64,000 nt of DNA from an uncultured Bacteroidota bacterium (GTDB taxonomy: Bacteria > Bacteroidota > Ignavibacteria > UBA10030 > UBA6906): assembly GCA_963700635.1 (NCBI GenBank), contig CAVOYH010000001.1, positions 32,001 through 96,000 on the forward strand, in the 5' to 3' direction. The translations under genes were made by a program, and so were the position numbers. The notes beneath the pieces were generated by a model. It searched no databases. It had not been told where the DNA came from and was given only the letters and a program-made list of their open reading frames with translations. This document shows, in pieces, positions 61,501-64,000 of this stretch (positions are counted from its first letter, which is position 1; every line of letters starts with the position of its first letter).

Positions 61501-64000
61501 ATTGCAGACGCTTGCCATGACCCTGACGGGAACCCGGTTCATAAACGGGGTGACGACGGTATCGCTCGGAACGGGCATTGCCGTGAATTCAACTCTTGTA
61601 CAGAGCCAGACAGAAGTGCTTATCGGTTTTGTGATCGATTCGAGTGCCGTGCTCGGCCCGCGCTCCGTTACGGTGTCCAACCCGGCTCCGGGTGGAGGAT
61701 CTGCTCAGCTGCTGGATGCGTTTACCGTAAACAATCCGCTTCCAACCATTACAACCCTGGCTCCCGAGAGCACCCTTGTCGGCGGCGCAGGTACGTCACT
61801 GCAGGTGAATGGAACAAATTTTGTACCCGGATCGGTGGTCCGGCTGGGCGCGTTGTCCCTGTCAACCGCTCTGGTAAATCGGACACAGCTGACGGCAACG
61901 ATTCCCGCAAGCGAAATCGACACCGCACGGTCCTTGTCCGTGTCCGTGTTCAACTCGACGCCGGGAGGAGGAGTTTCCAATACGCGGACGTTTACTGTCC
62001 GTAATCCCGCGCCGTCCCTTGTCAGCATTACACCCTCCACCGGAAGTCGTTTGCAGACGCTGAATGTGGTGTTCGACGGTACAAACTTTGTCCCCGGAGT
62101 ATCCACCGTCAGCTTTGGTGGGGAGGACATCCAGGTCAACAGCATCACCGTGACTACGGCCGAACGTTTGACCGCCAACATTAGCATTCTTTCGACAGCT
62201 GTTATCGGACCGCGTGATGTCTCGGTCATCAATCCATCTCCCGGTGGAGGAATCTCAGCCAAACGTACATTCACGGTAGCCGACAATCCGGTGCCAACGC
62301 TGACGACGGTAAATCCCGCGAGTGGGCCCCGGCTTGGGCGTGTTGATGTCATCGTGTCAGGCTCAAACTTTATTAACGGCGTTACGTCGGTGGATTTTGG
62401 CCCGGGTATCATCGTCAACCAGACCACCATCAATAGCGCGGTCCAACTGACCGCCACCATCACGATCGGTATCGCTGCGGCCACCGGTCCACGGTCTGTC
62501 ACGGTTATTAATGCGGCACCGGGTGGCGGGAGCGCGACAAAACCGAGCGGGTTTGCCGTGTTGAATCCCGGGCCCACACTCTCGTTCCTTCTCCCCACCA
62601 ATGCGCAACAACTCCAGCGGTTGAACATCGTGTTTGATGGAACCGGCTTCATCGACGGCGTGAGCACGGTGAATATGGGAACAGGGATCACCATCAACGC
62701 GCAGACGGTTGTCAGCGATACGCAGATTACGGCAGACATCACGGTAACAGAAAATGCCGCTACGGGTCCCCGTGACGTCTGGGTGATAAACCTGTCACCG
62801 GGGGGAGGCTCAGCTGTCCTGACCAACGGGTTCGTTGTGGGGAACAACCCCGGACCGCGGATTCTAAGCGTGACGCCCGCAACCGGGAAGCGTCTGGAGA
62901 CAATTGATCTGGTGATCCGGGGGGAGAACTATGTCAGCGGAGTAACATCCGTTGATCTTGGCACGGAGGTGATGGTCAACTCCGTCACGGTGGACAGCTC
63001 GACGCGTCTAACGGCAAACATCACCGTCAGGGCCGCAGCTTCCACCGGTGCACGCACCGTCTACGTGACGAACGCGCCTCCCGGCGGAGGCAGGGACAGT
63101 ATTCTCTCAGGGTTCACCGTGACCAATCCTCTTCCGACCCTGACCTCGGCGACACCATCGGGAGCGACACGGTCACAGACGTTAAATGTGGTTCTCCGGG
63201 GAACAAACTTTATCGGTCAGGCAACATCTGCCAATTTTGGGGCAGGCATCGCCGTGAACTCCGTTACCGTTGACAGCGCGACGCGGATCACGGCCAATAT
63301 TTCCGTTGATGCCGCTGCGACTCTCGGGGCCCGAAATCTCGTCCTCTTTAATCCACTTCCGGGAGGAGGCAATTCAACCCCGATCGCGTTCACTGTTAGC
63401 CTTGCACCGCCGCCCACACCAACCCTGCGGCATCCGGGAAACACCCAGCCGAATCTTCCGACCACGTTTACTGTCCGGTGGGATTCTTCTGCGGGGGCGA
63501 CGAACTATCATCTACAGGTGTCTGTGAGTTCGCTGTTTCTCAGCACGGCCGTTGATGATTCTACAATTACAACAACATCGCACAAAATCGGCCCGCTGTT
63601 GAACAATACAACGTACTACTGGCGTGTCCGGGCAAGAAACAGCGGCGGCACAAGCGCCTTTTCTTCAACGTGGAGTTTTACACCGTCATATCCTGCCGTG
63701 CTGATCCTGAGCTCCTCGGTGCCCTTCCCGAACCTGAATGCTGCGTCCGACTACCTCCCTGCAGATTACCGGTTGATCGGGCTGCCCGGAACCGGTTCAT
63801 CGCTGGTCAGCAATTTCCTGAGCGGCGTGCAGGGAACCGATTGGCAGGTGTATTGGGACAACGGCAACCCTTCAAACTACGCTGTCAAATTCGACGGCGG
63901 TCAGGGGTTTACCTTTTCAACCGGCAGGGCATACTGGTTGATCAGAAAGAACACCTGGACAATCAACGCGTCAGTCGATGCTGCGGTGCTTGACACCGGC
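55502..64000 (+). CDS. Giant exported repeat protein (>2833 aa, 3'-partial): 7 ~240-aa Ig-like tandem modules, 10 IPT/TIG-like repeats and FN3
   Basis: MRMQLHAAATLAIMFIFGATDAYA|QATKFVITG...; the same frame reads sensibly at sampled points through to the window end (...GRAYWLIRKNTWTINASVDAAVLDTG). It is absent from the ORF track, consistent with no in-window stop. Confidence 0.9.
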   Translation, partial: MRMQLHAAATLAIMFIFGATDAYAQATKFVITGSGTQIAGVPQNLTIRADSSGQPATSYTGARKLIFSGATASQNPVTQPTVNDSGGTTRNFGDTTVIRFTNGLATVSASKNGVLRLYKAETATVSVTDGTISSPVPDRLTVVVSAAGVGKFVWSLTSPQLSGAAFTGINTLTAQDSWGNTVTDFSANANNVTITNSLGGTVTGLGTGNNNVLNKTPDFSSGVANLTSLGMIYSGSPGSVTFTATSAGPVATGISSPVTISSGTPQKLVITGQGTQVAGKAQNLTITARDGSNNVASSYAGVKSITFSGAQASPDGDQPSVTSNTGTPVNFGTATNISFVAGIAQVSGSNNGAMRLYTAETATIAATDGTISSSGADRLTVAVSPDSLGKFVFIVSPSQTNNVPFVGADTLIAQDEWGNIVPSFDASQNPVIISPIGLIGRISVGVGRDSILNQVGDFSSGKAILSGKLKYTGLIGTGQFKATSQPSGQAGTSGTVTIVAGEARRLVLGGTGSVGAGVANALTITARDTSGNVATGYTGTKTLGFSGANLSPDGDAPSVTDYQGTEKVFSWTPRNTDITFSSGVATVITGGKNGVMRLRKVEVASIAVSDGSIGTLPGSELSVSVSPAGLRRFSVILTSPQTNGVTFTGVNTVTAIDSFGNIATGFNPISNNVTMTAPGLGGTLSGLGSGGTNVLNQASDFVSGIASVSGKLKYTGITGSSVFTATSQSGRTGSTAGSIVINVGEAKRLVVTGSATQPAGSGRNLTITAKDSSGNTITTYAGDKSLVFSGSGPSANPPTSPTVTNAAGAQVPFGLSTTITFSAGIAQVSGSANGLMRLYRSGTDTIAVSDGLIGSGAGDRLIVTVSADALAKFVVSFTSPQQSGIAFTGDNTIVAQDSFGNTKTDFDASSDNVTVSANALGGVVSGLGSAANNVLNQFSDFVAGTANLTGKLKYTSQVGTTTFTAVNSTSKAGTSGNVQIVAGGATRLVIAGTPTMTAGGVQSLTITARDGSGNTVTSYAGNKSLIFSGADSSITPALPPTVTNSSGAATAFGAATAITFTAGIATVSGSTNGVMRLLRAQTAIISVSDGTISSSGSDRLTVAVSPAALGMFAWTITSPQTNGVAFTGTNTLTAQDDWGNTRTTFDASTTNVTITTTLSGTISGLGSGGINVLNRSNDFVAGVANLTSLGIKYTGAIGSGTLTANGGGKSGISGTLQIVAGGATRLVVRTVSNDSMTTLLAGEIRNLSITARDGSGNIVVSYSGMKQLTFSGADSSSNPATAPTVTNSSGTAIGFGTLTSLTFTNGVAQVSGNSNGVLSLYRAQTATIAVTDGAISSSGTDRLTATVSPGPLAKFSWVLSTPQVNGVAFTGINTLTAQDAWGNAVSSFDASVSNVTLSSSLGGTITGLGTGNSAVMNRATDFAGGIANLTALGMKYTGPFGNGTFTATASGKAGTSSTVAIVAGTASRLVITGSATQTAGAGQNLTITARDTSDNPVATYTGTKTLTFSGANPSTNPLTQPSVTNSSGVAVSFGASTMITFTNGVATVSAGQNGQMRLYKVESALISVTDGTISSTGTDRLSVTVSPGLLGQFAWTLTSPQVNGVNFTGTNTLVAQDNWGNAVPTFDASTNNVSITTVLPGSPGAITGLGTLGNNVLNRATDFVSGLANLTALGLRYTGSAGTGTFTATSATGSKTGVSPAITIDNPAPTIATVTPGEANRSQTIMVAITGTNFRSGVTTVSFGSNVTIDTIVVLSPTQMSVTVSIGAAAALGQRSVSVTNPTPGGGTATLPLAFRVKNIPTLISLSPSIGIRGQTYGVLITGTNFAEGVSSVGILGSNITLNSDTVLNPSTILANITIGGTAVDGVRQFTVTNGGPEGGTSNGVGFTVGNNPVPTLTSITPDTATRLQSLELTIKGTNFYQGISSVSLGSGITVLNTVIDSAKQIRLNVTVTDTAATGPSAVSVINAGPGGGTATLTNGFNVTNPVPTLSGISVQNGSRLQTLAMTLTGTRFINGVTTVSLGTGIAVNSTLVQSQTEVLIGFVIDSSAVLGPRSVTVSNPAPGGGSAQLLDAFTVNNPLPTITTLAPESTLVGGAGTSLQVNGTNFVPGSVVRLGALSLSTALVNRTQLTATIPASEIDTARSLSVSVFNSTPGGGVSNTRTFTVRNPAPSLVSITPSTGSRLQTLNVVFDGTNFVPGVSTVSFGGEDIQVNSITVTTAERLTANISILSTAVIGPRDVSVINPSPGGGISAKRTFTVADNPVPTLTTVNPASGPRLGRVDVIVSGSNFINGVTSVDFGPGIIVNQTTINSAVQLTATITIGIAAATGPRSVTVINAAPGGGSATKPSGFAVLNPGPTLSFLLPTNAQQLQRLNIVFDGTGFIDGVSTVNMGTGITINAQTVVSDTQITADITVTENAATGPRDVWVINLSPGGGSAVLTNGFVVGNNPGPRILSVTPATGKRLETIDLVIRGENYVSGVTSVDLGTEVMVNSVTVDSSTRLTANITVRAAASTGARTVYVTNAPPGGGRDSILSGFTVTNPLPTLTSATPSGATRSQTLNVVLRGTNFIGQATSANFGAGIAVNSVTVDSATRITANISVDAAATLGARNLVLFNPLPGGGNSTPIAFTVSLAPPPTPTLRHPGNTQPNLPTTFTVRWDSSAGATNYHLQVSVSSLFLSTAVDDSTITTTSHKIGPLLNNTTYYWRVRARNSGGTSAFSSTWSFTPSYPAVLILSSSVPFPNLNAASDYLPADYRLIGLPGTGSSLVSNFLSGVQGTDWQVYWDNGNPSNYAVKFDGGQGFTFSTGRAYWLIRKNTWTINASVDAAVLDTG
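55577..60615 (+). repeat. Seven diverged ~720-bp coding repeats
   Basis: Units start at ~55577, 56294, 57008, 57737, 58454, 59168 and 59897; recurring LVITG..Q.AG..NLTITARD..GN and TSPQ..G..FTG.NTL.AQD.WGN. Confidence 0.85.
60617..63400 (+). repeat. Ten ~279-bp IPT/TIG-like coding repeats
   Basis: NPxPT-like starts at 60617, 60896, 61175, 61454, 61733, 62003, 62285, 62564, 62846 and 63125; each has G.NF and N..PGGG-like motifs. Confidence 0.85.

Noticed and set aside
55577-63400. Periodic DNA repeats as a CRISPR array or mobile element
   Set aside because: The repeats are in-frame, diverged protein domains with no constant repeat-spacer pattern; no cas or transposase genes in the window
55852-63465. 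Long minus-strand ORFs (e.g. 58369-60252, 61705-62847)
   Set aside because: Antisense shadows of the giant + strand gene, caused by its codon bias

Overview
A moderately GC-rich bacterial window, most consistent with the Bacteroidota/Chlorobiota/Ignavibacteria (FCB) group, based on T9SS C-terminal domains, a PorV-like barrel and a TonB receptor. This placement is inferred, not database-checked. 1-11 kb holds a fragmented LamG surface protein, an Rrf2/Fe-S unit, archease-RtcB-AlaX, a CDF transporter and a three-gene cytochrome c unit that includes a Cyc2-like cytochrome-porin fusion. Frame breaks cluster in this stretch and are probably long-read errors. 11-21 kb holds a GT39 glycosyltransferase, trpB2 with an unannotated WWW leader-peptide attenuator, a transglutaminase-like protein and a DUF362/Fe-S/DUF6599 block. 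21-52 kb is the main candidate system. A sigma54 two-component pair, a cNMP-domain aspartase and several exported amidohydrolases flank a ~21-kb operon behind a sigma54 promoter. That operon encodes T9SS cargo, a TonB receptor, PorV, an FGase-like hydrolase, a signal-peptide Glu/Asp racemase, 2-oxoacid:ferredoxin oxidoreductase, an orphan TRAP permease, a deacylase, DUF6305, a CapD-like GGT and pgsB-pgsC-pgsW, i.e. a PUL-like poly-gamma-glutamate synthesis and turnover locus. From 55.5 kb to the end runs a >2800-aa repeat-rich surface protein that is missing from the ORF track. No rRNA, tRNA, CRISPR array or transposase was seen.
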